This document shows, one piece after another, positions 1 to 9,177 of a DNA stretch of 64,000 bases (positions are counted from its first letter, which is position 1; each line of letters starts with the position of its first letter). The notes beneath the pieces are model-generated. The model was not told the DNA's origin and did no database searches. It saw only the letters and a list, made by a program, of their open reading frames with translations. Origin of the DNA: Prevotella sp. (GTDB lineage Bacteria > Bacteroidota > Bacteroidia > Bacteroidales > Dysgonomonadaceae); assembly GCA_031285625.1 (NCBI GenBank), contig JAITVV010000011.1, positions 21,644 through 85,643 on the forward strand. Reading direction: 5' to 3'. The position numbers and the translations under genes were made by a program.

Positions 1-754
1 TCTCAGTCAAATACTTCCAAAACCGTCTTGGCATATGCTGCCTTTGTAGTTTTAAATTTATACGTTCCTTGATAGTCATTGATTTAAAATAGCCTTTCCA
101 TAATTCCTGAAATAACTTTTCATCATCGGCCATTAGCTTTTCATCCAGCTTCCCACTCAACAAATGTTCATCATTATCAAGGGTCATTTCGACCATTGTA
201 TCCAGATCATAATAATACCCATACTTTCGTTTAATATCATAGATAACCCATTTCTGGTCAGAAAACCGGTCTTTAAAATGCTCGACAGCAAGAGGTAAGG
301 CATTATATTGCGGAGATATAGGTGCAAAGAAAATATCATCAGCAGCTTTCTGGAAACGGACAAACTGTATTATGTAATGTTTTTCGTGAGACACTTTTTT
401 TGCCAACTGATGAACTTCAAGAACATCTATATCTGCAAAGTTGGTTTCTATCGACACCTTACTGTCAAATGTCTTCTTTATATAGCGAAACAATAACTCA
501 TCACTACCTTCTGCTTCCGACAACCATGTATATGTGAGCATATTACGTGCAAGCTTACTCATCTTATTCTCTAACGACTTCCATACACGTGCAGATTTAT
601 CTTCTGCTGTAGTTACAGTATACTCTTCAGTCATAAACATAGGTGCAATTTCTCCAATACCCAAAAGCCTGTCAGGAAATGTTTTCCGGCTATAGGCATC
701 AAAAACTGCAGTCAGCAAGCCTTCAAAGGTTTTATCATAAAAGAATACCAACAT
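1..754 (-). CDS. TIGR03915/DUF4130 family putative DNA repair protein (3' end runs off the window)
   Basis: Not in the ORF track. Manual translation from CAT at 752-754 gives MLVFFYDKTFEGLLTAVFDAY...QFVRFQ...HFKDRFSDQKWVIYD...QRQHMPRRFWKYLTE, typical of DUF4130. Lies directly downstream of the radical SAM gene. Confidence 0.85.
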   Translation of the reverse strand, partial: MLVFFYDKTFEGLLTAVFDAYSRKTFPDRLLGIGEIAPMFMTEEYTVTTAEDKSARVWKSLENKMSKLARNMLTYTWLSEAEGSDELLFRYIKKTFDSKVSIETNFADIDVLEVHQLAKKVSHEKHYIIQFVRFQKAADDIFFAPISPQYNALPLAVEHFKDRFSDQKWVIYDIKRKYGYYYDLDTMVEMTLDNDEHLLSGKLDEKLMADDEKLFQELWKGYFKSMTIKERINLKLQRQHMPRRFWKYLTE

Positions 755-756
755 AT

Positions 757-2022
757 TTAACTATCAGGAAAAATTATTGACAATTGGCTGTCATCTTTCT
801 TCTTTTTCTTAGGTTCAGTCAGTATTTTACGTACATATTCGGGTGTAGCCTCATTTACTGTATACATAGGCAGTTCATTGCATGTCATAAAATACTGCGC
901 TTTTTTCATCACTACACCTATTTTCTTCAGATGAGTAGCATTCAGTCGCCCATGCCTGCGAGACATTACAATAAATTTTGCTGACTTCACCCCAATACCG
1001 GGTATACGCAATATCATAGAATAATCCGCCTTATTTATATCCACCGGAAACATTTCAGGATGACGAAGTGCCCATGCAAGTTTCGGATCAATTTCAAGGT
1101 CGAGGTCAGGATACGAATCATCTACAATTTCATCCGCTCTGTATTCATAAAACCTCATGAGCCAATCTGCCTGATACAGACGATTTTCCCGTACCAACGG
1201 AGCCTGCTTCAAAGCCGGCAAACGACTATCGTAACTATTAACGGGAATAAAACCGGAATAATACACCCGCCGCATCTGAGTCTGCTGATAAAGTATGGAA
1301 GAAACCCGTAAAATATCTTTATCTTTTTCATTCGTAGCCCCTACTATCATTTGTGTACTTTGTCCGGCAGGAACAAAACGGGGTGCCTTCCTGAATTTTT
1401 TACGGTCTTCGATACTTTGTTGCATTCCCTGTTGAATATAGCGCATTGGTTTATACACGCTACGATGATCTTTTTCGGGAGCTAATAACTTCAAGTTCGC
1501 TTCGGTTGGTATTTCCAGATTTACGCTCATACGATCGGCATACAGTCCGGCTTCGTTTACCAGTTCCGGACTCGATCCGGGAATACTTTTCATATGAATA
1601 TACCCGTTAAAACGATGAGTCTCACGAAGATTCTTTACCACACGTACCATCCGCTCCATAGTATAATCAGGATTATTGATCACTCCTGAACTAAGGAAAA
1701 GCCCCTCGATATAATTCCTCCTATAAAATTCAATTGTCAGATCGACCAGTTCGTTCACCGTGAAAGTAGCTCTTCTTATATCATTACTTCTGCGATTGAT
1801 ACAGTAAGCACAATCATAGATGCAGAAATTAGTAAGCATTATTTTCAGTAATGAGACACATCGCCCATCCTCTGTAAAGCTGTGGCATATACCCATTCCA
1901 CCTACCGTATTGCCCAGTCCGCCCGCTTTATTATTGCGGACAGTGCCACTGGAAGAACAGGAAACATCATATTTTGCTGATTCTGCCAATACTTTCAGTT
2001 TTTCGAGTACATTATCGTTCAT
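757..2022 (-). CDS. Putative DNA modification/repair radical SAM protein (TIGR03916-like) with C-terminal HhH
   Basis: CIYDCAYC CxxxCxxC motif, AKYDVSCSSSG N-terminus, GICHSFTEDGRCVSLLK, HhH LRIPGIGVKSA. Confidence 0.9.
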   Translation of the reverse strand: MNDNVLEKLKVLAESAKYDVSCSSSGTVRNNKAGGLGNTVGGMGICHSFTEDGRCVSLLKIMLTNFCIYDCAYCINRRSNDIRRATFTVNELVDLTIEFYRRNYIEGLFLSSGVINNPDYTMERMVRVVKNLRETHRFNGYIHMKSIPGSSPELVNEAGLYADRMSVNLEIPTEANLKLLAPEKDHRSVYKPMRYIQQGMQQSIEDRKKFRKAPRFVPAGQSTQMIVGATNEKDKDILRVSSILYQQTQMRRVYYSGFIPVNSYDSRLPALKQAPLVRENRLYQADWLMRFYEYRADEIVDDSYPDLDLEIDPKLAWALRHPEMFPVDINKADYSMILRIPGIGVKSAKFIVMSRRHGRLNATHLKKIGVVMKKAQYFMTCNELPMYTVNEATPEYVRKILTEPKKKKKDDSQLSIIFPDS

Positions 2023-2256
2023 AAAATCGAAGACACTTTTTGATAAATGAGTAATAATAAGTGATTATGATTCAAAAATATATGATCAAGTACTTATTGC
2101 ATTTTCTTCTTACAAAGAAAGAAATTTTGATCGAGAGGCAGCAACAAAAAACATTAAAAGATTACAGCCTGTTGAAAAGTTTATTTTCCATAAAAAGCAA
2201 CAAATAAAATGATACTTCAATAAATATAACTTACTATAAATCAACTATAAAATATA

Positions 2257-2277
2257 AAAAAGTGACAAAAGTAACAG
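2257..2277 (+). repeat. Dispersed GTGACAAAAGTAACA motif, copy 1
   Basis: aaaaagtgacaaaagtaacag; matches copies at 22959, 28406 and 44573. Confidence 0.6.
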
Positions 2278-2395
2278 TTTTTAGTCCGTTTTCAATTGTT
2301 ACATTATCATCTAAACAAAGAGCTCTTTATATAAGATAATAATTGGATTATAAGTTAAAAATCATATAATGAGGTTGTCTCGAAAGTATCTTCAT

Positions 2396-2502
2396 TCTTT
2401 GTCATGTTGAACGGAGTGAATTGAAAATCGGCAGAGCGAAGCGGAGCCAAACTCTCGTGTCTGGAGGATCGAGATTCTTCACTACATTCAGAATGACAAA
2501 GA
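2396..2502 (+). repeat. REP-like palindromic intergenic element (TGTCAT...ATGACA), copy 1
   Basis: Terminal inverted repeat tctttgtcat/atgacaaaga; internal sequence near-identical to 19509-19612 and to the reverse complement of 28148-28252. Confidence 0.85.
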
Positions 2503-2688
2503 TCGTATCACAGAATCTTAATATTTCATGCGAATCAGTATTTGAATAAAAGCAAAGTGTGCAGTATATTTTAAAGAATATATAAATTCATTATAGGATA
2601 TTTTTAATTAGATACATATTTTCAATTATTTTAACCTAAAGTGAAAAAAAATAAGATTGAAAATATAGTTAAAAACACTAGTTTTACT

Positions 2689-2696
2689 TATATTTG
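2689..2696 (+). promoter_or_regulatory. Bacteroidetes sigma-A -7 element (TATATTTG) for ykfC-ykfB
   Basis: TAnnTTTG consensus 40 bp upstream of the ATG at 2736. Confidence 0.55.
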
Positions 2697-2735
2697 TATT
2701 ATCACATCGATAATATTTACAGCAAATCAACAATT

Positions 2736-3935
2736 ATGAATAAACTATATATATTCTTCATTATAATATTGTGTTCTAACATATTATATGCACAAGACAA
2801 ACCTGTATATAAACATTCCGAATTAGACATTATTGTCAACAATGTCAAAGAGCAATATATTCCCGATAAAAGAATAAAAGTTTTTGATGTAAAAGTCGAT
2901 GATAGCAACAGAAGACCAACTCTACAAGGAGTAACTTCCGATGTAACTGCATATAATGAAGTGATCAGACAAGCCAAAGAAGCTTACGGATCGGACTTTG
3001 TAGATAAAATAAAATTATTACCTGAGAGTGACTTGGGAGATAAAACATATGGTGTAATCACTCTATCGGTTGCAGATATACGCGTCGAAGGCAAATTTTC
3101 GGCAGAGATGGCCACTCAGGCTACACTAGGAACCCCAATCAGAATACTGCAAAAAGACAGATGGAGCCGGATACAGACTCCCGACGGATATATAGCATGG
3201 ACACAGGAGATAAACTACCAACCAATGACAAAACCGGAATATGAAAGCTGGAAAAAATCTGAAAAGGTAATATTCACAGACTATTTTGGTTTCTCATATA
3301 AAGAACCGGATACAAAAAGCCAAACTGTATCTGATCTGGTTAGTAATAATATCATGAAACTTGAAGGAGATAGTGGAGACTTTTACAAAGTTTCATATCC
3401 CGACGGCCGTATTGGTTATATCTTAAAAAATCAGAGCAAACCTTACAATGAATGGCTAGCTTCTGTTAACATTACAGGAGATAGTTTTGTACAAAAAGCT
3501 TATACACTGATGGGAATCCCATATGTATGGGGAGGAACATCTGTTAAAGGAATGGACTGTAGCGGGTTTACTAAAACAATAATGCTCATGCATGGCATCA
3601 TACTCATGCGCGACGCCTCACAACAAGCATATACGGGGATTCCTGTAGATATAAGCAAAGGATATAAAAACCTACAAGTAGGAGATCTTATGTTCTTTGG
3701 TAAAAAAGCAGAAAAAGATAAAAAGGAACGTGTACGTCATGTTGCCTTTTATATAGGCAATAATAAATTTATTCATGCTTCGGGATATATCAGAATAAGC
3801 AGCCTAAACCCTGCAGACCCTGATTATGATGAAACAAACACTAAAGAATTTATCAGGGCATCACGTATTATCGGAGCTGTAGATAAGGAAGGATCAGGCA
3901 TCTGGTCTATTTCAGGTAATTCTTTTTACAAATAA
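2736..3935 (+). CDS. ykfC: SH3b + NlpC/P60 gamma-D-glutamyl-diamino acid endopeptidase (dipeptidyl-peptidase VI, YkfC-like), secreted
   Basis: PYVWGGTSVKGMDCSGF catalytic Cys, RDASQQ, HVAFYIG..FIHAS; signal peptide from ATG 2736; adjacent to an Ala-Glu epimerase. Confidence 0.85.
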   Translation: MNKLYIFFIIILCSNILYAQDKPVYKHSELDIIVNNVKEQYIPDKRIKVFDVKVDDSNRRPTLQGVTSDVTAYNEVIRQAKEAYGSDFVDKIKLLPESDLGDKTYGVITLSVADIRVEGKFSAEMATQATLGTPIRILQKDRWSRIQTPDGYIAWTQEINYQPMTKPEYESWKKSEKVIFTDYFGFSYKEPDTKSQTVSDLVSNNIMKLEGDSGDFYKVSYPDGRIGYILKNQSKPYNEWLASVNITGDSFVQKAYTLMGIPYVWGGTSVKGMDCSGFTKTIMLMHGIILMRDASQQAYTGIPVDISKGYKNLQVGDLMFFGKKAEKDKKERVRHVAFYIGNNKFIHASGYIRISSLNPADPDYDETNTKEFIRASRIIGAVDKEGSGIWSISGNSFYK

Positions 3936-3952
3936 ACCTAATACTATAAATC

Positions 3953-5098
3953 ATGCCTCAATCAAGACGGAAATTTCTAAAAGCGGCTGCATTTACAGCC
4001 ATTGGAACAGGAATTTTAGCAGGAAATCCTTTAGAAGCATTTTCCTTGAATAACAAGAAAACAGTTTCTCTGAATAAGAAAATGAAGCTAAGCTTCAAAT
4101 CTTATGATTTACAGTTGCGTCATGTATTCACAATAGCCAATTCATCACGCACCACAACCCCTGTTGTGCTGACAGAAATCACATATGATGGCATAACCGG
4201 CTATGGGGAAGCATCCCTCCCACCCTATTTGGGAGAAACACAGGCCTCCGTAATCGAATTTCTAAAAAAAGTAAATCTGGAACAATTCTCGAGTCCATTC
4301 GAACTGGAAGATATACTTAACTATATAGACAAAATAACAGAAAACAATACTGCTGCAAAAGCATCAATCGACATTGCTTTGCACGATCTGGCAGGTAAAA
4401 TAATGGGACAACCCTGGTATAAAATATGGGGACTTGATAAAGAAAAAACACCGTCTACAACCTTCACAATAGGAATTGATACAGATGAAGTTGTAAAACA
4501 AAAAACAAGAGAAGCTGCCCCATTGTATAATATACTGAAAGTAAAGCTGGGACGTGATAATGATAAGCAGATGATCGAGGCCATACGCAGTGTAACCGAT
4601 AAACCGATTGCTGTAGATGCCAATCAGGGCTGGAAAGATAAACATTATGCTCTGGATATGATAAACTGGCTGAAAGAACGTGGTATAGTCATGGTAGAGC
4701 AACCGATGCCCAAGTATAACCTGGAAGATGCAGCCTGGGTTACAGAGCGGAGTCCATTACCTATATTTGCCGACGAATCATTCCAGCGCTTACACGATGT
4801 ACTGCGGCTAAAAGGGGCATTTACAGGTGTAAATATAAAACTGATGAAATGTACCGGAATGCGCGAAGCCTGGAAAATCCTTACTGTTGCACGTGCCGCC
4901 AATATGCAGGTAATGGTAGGTTGTATGACCGAAACTTCGTGTGCTATATCAGCAGCAACACAGATTTCGCCAGCTGTAGACTGGGCAGACCTGGATGGTA
5001 ATTTACTTATAAGTAACGACTGTTTCAAAGGTGCGACTGTGATAAAAGGCAAACTCCATCTGGATGATACTCCGGGTATTGGTGTTGAGAAGCTTTGA
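3953..5098 (+). CDS. ykfB: L-Ala-D/L-Glu epimerase (enolase superfamily) with twin-arginine signal
   Basis: LKVKLG (KxK), VDANQG, EQP, ADES, NIKLMK, DLDG motifs; SRRKFLK Tat motif. Confidence 0.88.
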   Translation: MPQSRRKFLKAAAFTAIGTGILAGNPLEAFSLNNKKTVSLNKKMKLSFKSYDLQLRHVFTIANSSRTTTPVVLTEITYDGITGYGEASLPPYLGETQASVIEFLKKVNLEQFSSPFELEDILNYIDKITENNTAAKASIDIALHDLAGKIMGQPWYKIWGLDKEKTPSTTFTIGIDTDEVVKQKTREAAPLYNILKVKLGRDNDKQMIEAIRSVTDKPIAVDANQGWKDKHYALDMINWLKERGIVMVEQPMPKYNLEDAAWVTERSPLPIFADESFQRLHDVLRLKGAFTGVNIKLMKCTGMREAWKILTVARAANMQVMVGCMTETSCAISAATQISPAVDWADLDGNLLISNDCFKGATVIKGKLHLDDTPGIGVEKL

Positions 5099-5184
5099 TA
5101 ATTTTATTTAGATATAAAGATAGATTCCTGTATTTTATTTTGTTCTATCTTTGCGCATATTTACCATAACTAATATAAAAATAC

Positions 5185-6033
5185 GTGATATTATTAGCTG
5201 AAAGTGGCTCTACAAAAACCGAATGGTGCATGGTTGACAGAAGTGGAATTGCAGAACATTTCTTGTCGGACGGTGTTAATCCTTTTTTCCAAACAAGAAA
5301 AGAGATCAGCCGTTTGATCCGTTTGCAATTGCCACCTATATTCTTTAAGACAAAATTCAGTAACATTTATTTTTATGGTGCAGGTTGCTCCTCCATTGAA
5401 AAGAAAGGTCTTGTAAAGGCATCATTAGAGGCACAATTCAAAACACCATCTATTATCGAAAGTGATTTACTAGGCTCCGCCCGTTCATTGTTTCAGGATG
5501 AAGCAGGCATAGCATGCATTTTAGGCACAGGCTCAAATTCCTGTTTTTATGATGGAAATGAAATCGTTAAGAATGTCAAATCATTAGGATATATACTTGG
5601 TGATGAAGGAAGTGGAGCATCATTAGGCAAAGCCTTTTTATCCGATTGTTTAAAGGGATTGGCACCCAAGGAATTAATAGACCCATTCTATAAGAAATAC
5701 AAGATCGAGCCAGATGAAATAATGGATTACATCTACTCTAAACCATTCCCCAACAAGCTTTTATCAGTCCTTTCTTTTTTCTTATACGAATATCTCGAAC
5801 ACCCTTATGTGAACAATCTCGTTCGCAAGAACTTAAGATCTTTTTTTGAAAGAAATATTCTACAATATGAATATACTGAATATCCGATACGCTTTGTTGG
5901 CTCGGTTGCCAAAATGTATTCATTCATACTGAGGGAAATAGCACAGGACATTGGCATCTATATAGATGTGATAATTGAGAACCCTATAAAGGGGCTGATT
6001 GAATACCACCGCGAAAACGGGCAATTATTATAA
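5185..6033 (+). CDS. BadF/BadG-type amino-sugar kinase (MurK/NagK-like), paralog 1
   Basis: GTG start; ESGSTKT, FYGAGC, ACILGTGSNS, LGDEGSG motifs; TATCTTTG promoter at 5146-5153. Confidence 0.82.
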   Translation: MILLAESGSTKTEWCMVDRSGIAEHFLSDGVNPFFQTRKEISRLIRLQLPPIFFKTKFSNIYFYGAGCSSIEKKGLVKASLEAQFKTPSIIESDLLGSARSLFQDEAGIACILGTGSNSCFYDGNEIVKNVKSLGYILGDEGSGASLGKAFLSDCLKGLAPKELIDPFYKKYKIEPDEIMDYIYSKPFPNKLLSVLSFFLYEYLEHPYVNNLVRKNLRSFFERNILQYEYTEYPIRFVGSVAKMYSFILREIAQDIGIYIDVIIENPIKGLIEYHRENGQLL

Positions 6034-6038
6034 GATAA

Positions 6039-6066
6039 AAAAGGACACATTTACATGTGTCCTTTT
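6039..6066. terminator. Bidirectional intrinsic terminator
   Basis: aaaaggacacat-ttac-atgtgtcctttt between convergent genes. Confidence 0.8.
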
Positions 6067-6085
6067 CAGTTTAGATATCAACCAT

Positions 6086-9000
6086 TTATTTAAATATGAA
6101 TGAAAGAATATTTGACATAAGATCATATCGTTCTTTCTCATCTTTAATTACCTCAAAAGGGAATCCCAATACACATGTCTTATAACTTCCATTATAAGCA
6201 ACACCCGCACTCAGATTATTTTCCGAGTACCTGAATATTGTATAGCTATTCTCGCCCACAGGCTCTATGGCATCAGGAGATTCTACAGCATAGCAATCGG
6301 CATTCAGCTTCGAATGGAACTCGTAGTTTCCTGATAATACAGGAAGTGGAGAGGCAATACATTTCACTTTACCTTCTACAGCAGCCCTGTCAACACGCCA
6401 TTTATATTTCAATATATCAGCAGCAAACTGCTGATCTTCTTTCAATGGGTTTTCAGTATCCCACAAATCAGAGGCTACATAGGCCCCACTAATAAATATA
6501 TTACCTCCCTGCTTACAATATTCAGTGATCTTATTTTGTAATTCTACAGGGAAAGTTTTAAACTCAGCAGGATAAACACCTCTTCCTATTTTTGTTTGTT
6601 TTTGCTTTCCTAATATAAGGTCAACCAGTTTATATGATTTCATATCCACTTTATCAGAAACAATGGCATCGCGGCTCGCTGATACAAAAGAATACCCGGC
6701 ATAGGCAATAGCAGCACCATGAATAGAAGGAAAATCGAATGTATTTCCTGCAACTACCTTTGACTCAAAATTAGCATTACTGGCACCAAATCCGGGAGCA
6801 TCATCATCCATCCAGGGAATAATCCTTCTGAATTCGTACTGGTTACCAATATAATTATACTCTACCTTATCAGGCACACCATGATCTATAAAGTCTAAGA
6901 ATCCTGCAATACTATCTGTAGATGCGAAACTATATGGTGCTGATATACGATCAAAACCATTCACAATCAACACTTGTCCTTTTTCGTTTGATTTACGGCA
7001 AACCGAGAGTATCTCTGAAGGGAAACTCTCACCTCCGTCATTTACAGCAGCTATTTTATAACTATAAATCTTATCTTTTTCTATCGGCAAAATAGCATTG
7101 GATTTACTTACAATCTGTCCATTGTCAAAGTCACCATCACCAATACGGGTATAAATAATATATCTATCCGGCGTTGCTGTCGGTTCCGACACATCATTCA
7201 CAGGAACCCAGTTTAGCTTTACTTGTGTATCACCTGAAAATTCTGCACTGAAAGATGTAACAGGTAATGGTTGTACGACAAAATCATTTCCATATTGATA
7301 AGCCACAAACTTAAGCATCCCCTTATAAATAGATCTGCTAACAGTAAACCTGAAACGTGGATCAAGACCATATTTCATATCAGCAAAATTCTGATGCGAT
7401 AATAGCTCAAGAAGCATAGTAGGCACATTGGGTACACGGGCCTCACTGTATGACCTGTTCCACATATGCCTGCGTGTCCATTCCGGTTCGTATTTTAACC
7501 GTATATCTTTCACAATCTCATCCATAATAATATTAGTGAGATCGCGGGATGCCCAGCGAGACTTACCATTATCAAATATCTCTTCATTATGATGTGTCAT
7601 ATATATACCCAATGTCCCAATAATAGAATCATTAAATGTTGTTCCCGCATCGGTATGAAAGGCCATTGCCAGATCGACCGGAATATTCAACCCATCGCTC
7701 TTAGGTAAAACAGAAGAACCTCCTGCTATATAGTTCACCCAGAAGCCCCGGCTTTGATAGTCATCGGTATAATCATTCTTACTTTCACTCTTATTATAAA
7801 CACTATCCGGTGCCCCAGCCCACTGTAGCCAATATCTGGCTCCTTCGGTATACCGCGGATAACCACTTATTTCCGGTTTATAGTCTATAACAGGAAGCTT
7901 CTTTATATTGTCAGCATCAATAGATTCAGAACTTTTTGCATTATCAGTAACTACACCACTTGAATGAGGTAAGCGGGCAATATTACCCATTCCCCCTCCT
8001 ATCTTTACAGCATCTGCCGTAATTACGCGTCCGGCTTTATTACTTTTATTGCTAAGAACAATCTTTAGATTTTCATTTACTCCTTTGTCAAAAGAGAAAA
8101 AGCCCAGGAATATCCATGTTCCACCACCCATTTTCTGGTTAATACTAAATTCGGTTTTTCCCCCTAAGTGATAAACTGTATATTTGGCATCATCTGCACT
8201 GTTTTTTAAAGTTTTATATGAAATATACACCCCATATTGGCCTTTTTCCGGTATATCGGGAATCCACTCACAAAAGCTTTCATCACCTTTGCTTATTGTT
8301 TTCACCTGACGATAAGAGCCCGATCTGAATGGATTTTCTCCATCCAGATATGACTCTTTCAAATTTGCAAACCCTTCTAGTAAGCCAGCTGTCCAGCTGT
8401 CTTTTCCATTTTCTTCTCTATAAATGGAATTACTTTTAACCTTATCGTTGTCTACTATTATTTCATGTTTTTGAATATCTCTTTCGCGTGGCAATAATAC
8501 ATTTGCCCCTGCATTTTCCAGCATAGGTACTAAATATGGCAATACATAACTTTGCGTATACAAGTCTTCCACCGTTTGCAGTACACGAGCGCGTTGCCAT
8601 TCCCATCGTGCCAGTTTTTGCTCATAATACCATCCATGACTCTGCCACAATGCCAAGTGATGGTTTTCTAATCCTTTCCCGGCTGTATATGGTTTTGATA
8701 AATTCCTAATCAGAGGTTTGTCTAATTTATTCGCGAATAAATCTTTTTTGTTTCGGGCAAATAAAACAAGATCTTCAATCTTTTGAGTATCAGTTATGAG
8801 TTCTAATTTATATTTTTTATATTCAGATGGGAGGATATCCCTTATTCGGGAATAGACATCCTCTACATCCTTTTGATTAACAGGTATATATGACAAATTA
8901 ACTCCGGCAAATAAACTGATTGTTTTCTTTTTTATGTCAACCGAATCTATTTTCACCTTACCGACAGTTACATCTTTATTAGCAAACCCTGTAAGGTAGT

Positions 9001-9109
9001 TTCCTATCTCGGAACGAATATGTTCTGAAATATCCTGTGCTTTTATTTCATGGATTGAAAAACATGAGATAAATAAAATAGAAGTAAGTAAAGCTAAACT
9101 TTTTTTCAT
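6086..9109 (-). CDS. Large secreted protein of the Bacteroidetes 'xanthan lyase'-annotated family: split Amidase_3-like domain + inserted beta-sandwich + FN3; probable N-acetylmuramoyl-L-alanine amidase
   Basis: Signal peptide; ALWQSHG, TVED, AFHTDA and PTMLLEL resemble the Amidase_3 H/E/H/E motifs; FN3 (LNW...YIIY...YKIAAVNDGGES). Confidence 0.65.
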   Translation of the reverse strand: MKKSLALLTSILFISCFSIHEIKAQDISEHIRSEIGNYLTGFANKDVTVGKVKIDSVDIKKKTISLFAGVNLSYIPVNQKDVEDVYSRIRDILPSEYKKYKLELITDTQKIEDLVLFARNKKDLFANKLDKPLIRNLSKPYTAGKGLENHHLALWQSHGWYYEQKLARWEWQRARVLQTVEDLYTQSYVLPYLVPMLENAGANVLLPRERDIQKHEIIVDNDKVKSNSIYREENGKDSWTAGLLEGFANLKESYLDGENPFRSGSYRQVKTISKGDESFCEWIPDIPEKGQYGVYISYKTLKNSADDAKYTVYHLGGKTEFSINQKMGGGTWIFLGFFSFDKGVNENLKIVLSNKSNKAGRVITADAVKIGGGMGNIARLPHSSGVVTDNAKSSESIDADNIKKLPVIDYKPEISGYPRYTEGARYWLQWAGAPDSVYNKSESKNDYTDDYQSRGFWVNYIAGGSSVLPKSDGLNIPVDLAMAFHTDAGTTFNDSIIGTLGIYMTHHNEEIFDNGKSRWASRDLTNIIMDEIVKDIRLKYEPEWTRRHMWNRSYSEARVPNVPTMLLELLSHQNFADMKYGLDPRFRFTVSRSIYKGMLKFVAYQYGNDFVVQPLPVTSFSAEFSGDTQVKLNWVPVNDVSEPTATPDRYIIYTRIGDGDFDNGQIVSKSNAILPIEKDKIYSYKIAAVNDGGESFPSEILSVCRKSNEKGQVLIVNGFDRISAPYSFASTDSIAGFLDFIDHGVPDKVEYNYIGNQYEFRRIIPWMDDDAPGFGASNANFESKVVAGNTFDFPSIHGAAIAYAGYSFVSASRDAIVSDKVDMKSYKLVDLILGKQKQTKIGRGVYPAEFKTFPVELQNKITEYCKQGGNIFISGAYVASDLWDTENPLKEDQQFAADILKYKWRVDRAAVEGKVKCIASPLPVLSGNYEFHSKLNADCYAVESPDAIEPVGENSYTIFRYSENNLSAGVAYNGSYKTCVLGFPFEVIKDEKERYDLMSNILSFIFK

Positions 9110-9126
9110 TGTATATTATTAAAAGA

Positions 9127-9148
9127 ACAGAGGGACGAATCCCTCTGT
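9127..9148 (-). terminator. Hairpin/terminator between susD and the amidase-like gene
   Basis: acagaggga-cgaa-tccctctgt, followed by TCTTTT on the minus strand. Confidence 0.6.
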
Positions 9149-9177
9149 AAATATTCTAAAATGAAAAATAACAAAAT

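Noticed and set aside
308-537. Plus-strand ORFs 308-496 and 322-537
   Set aside because: Antisense shadows of the minus-strand DUF4130 gene
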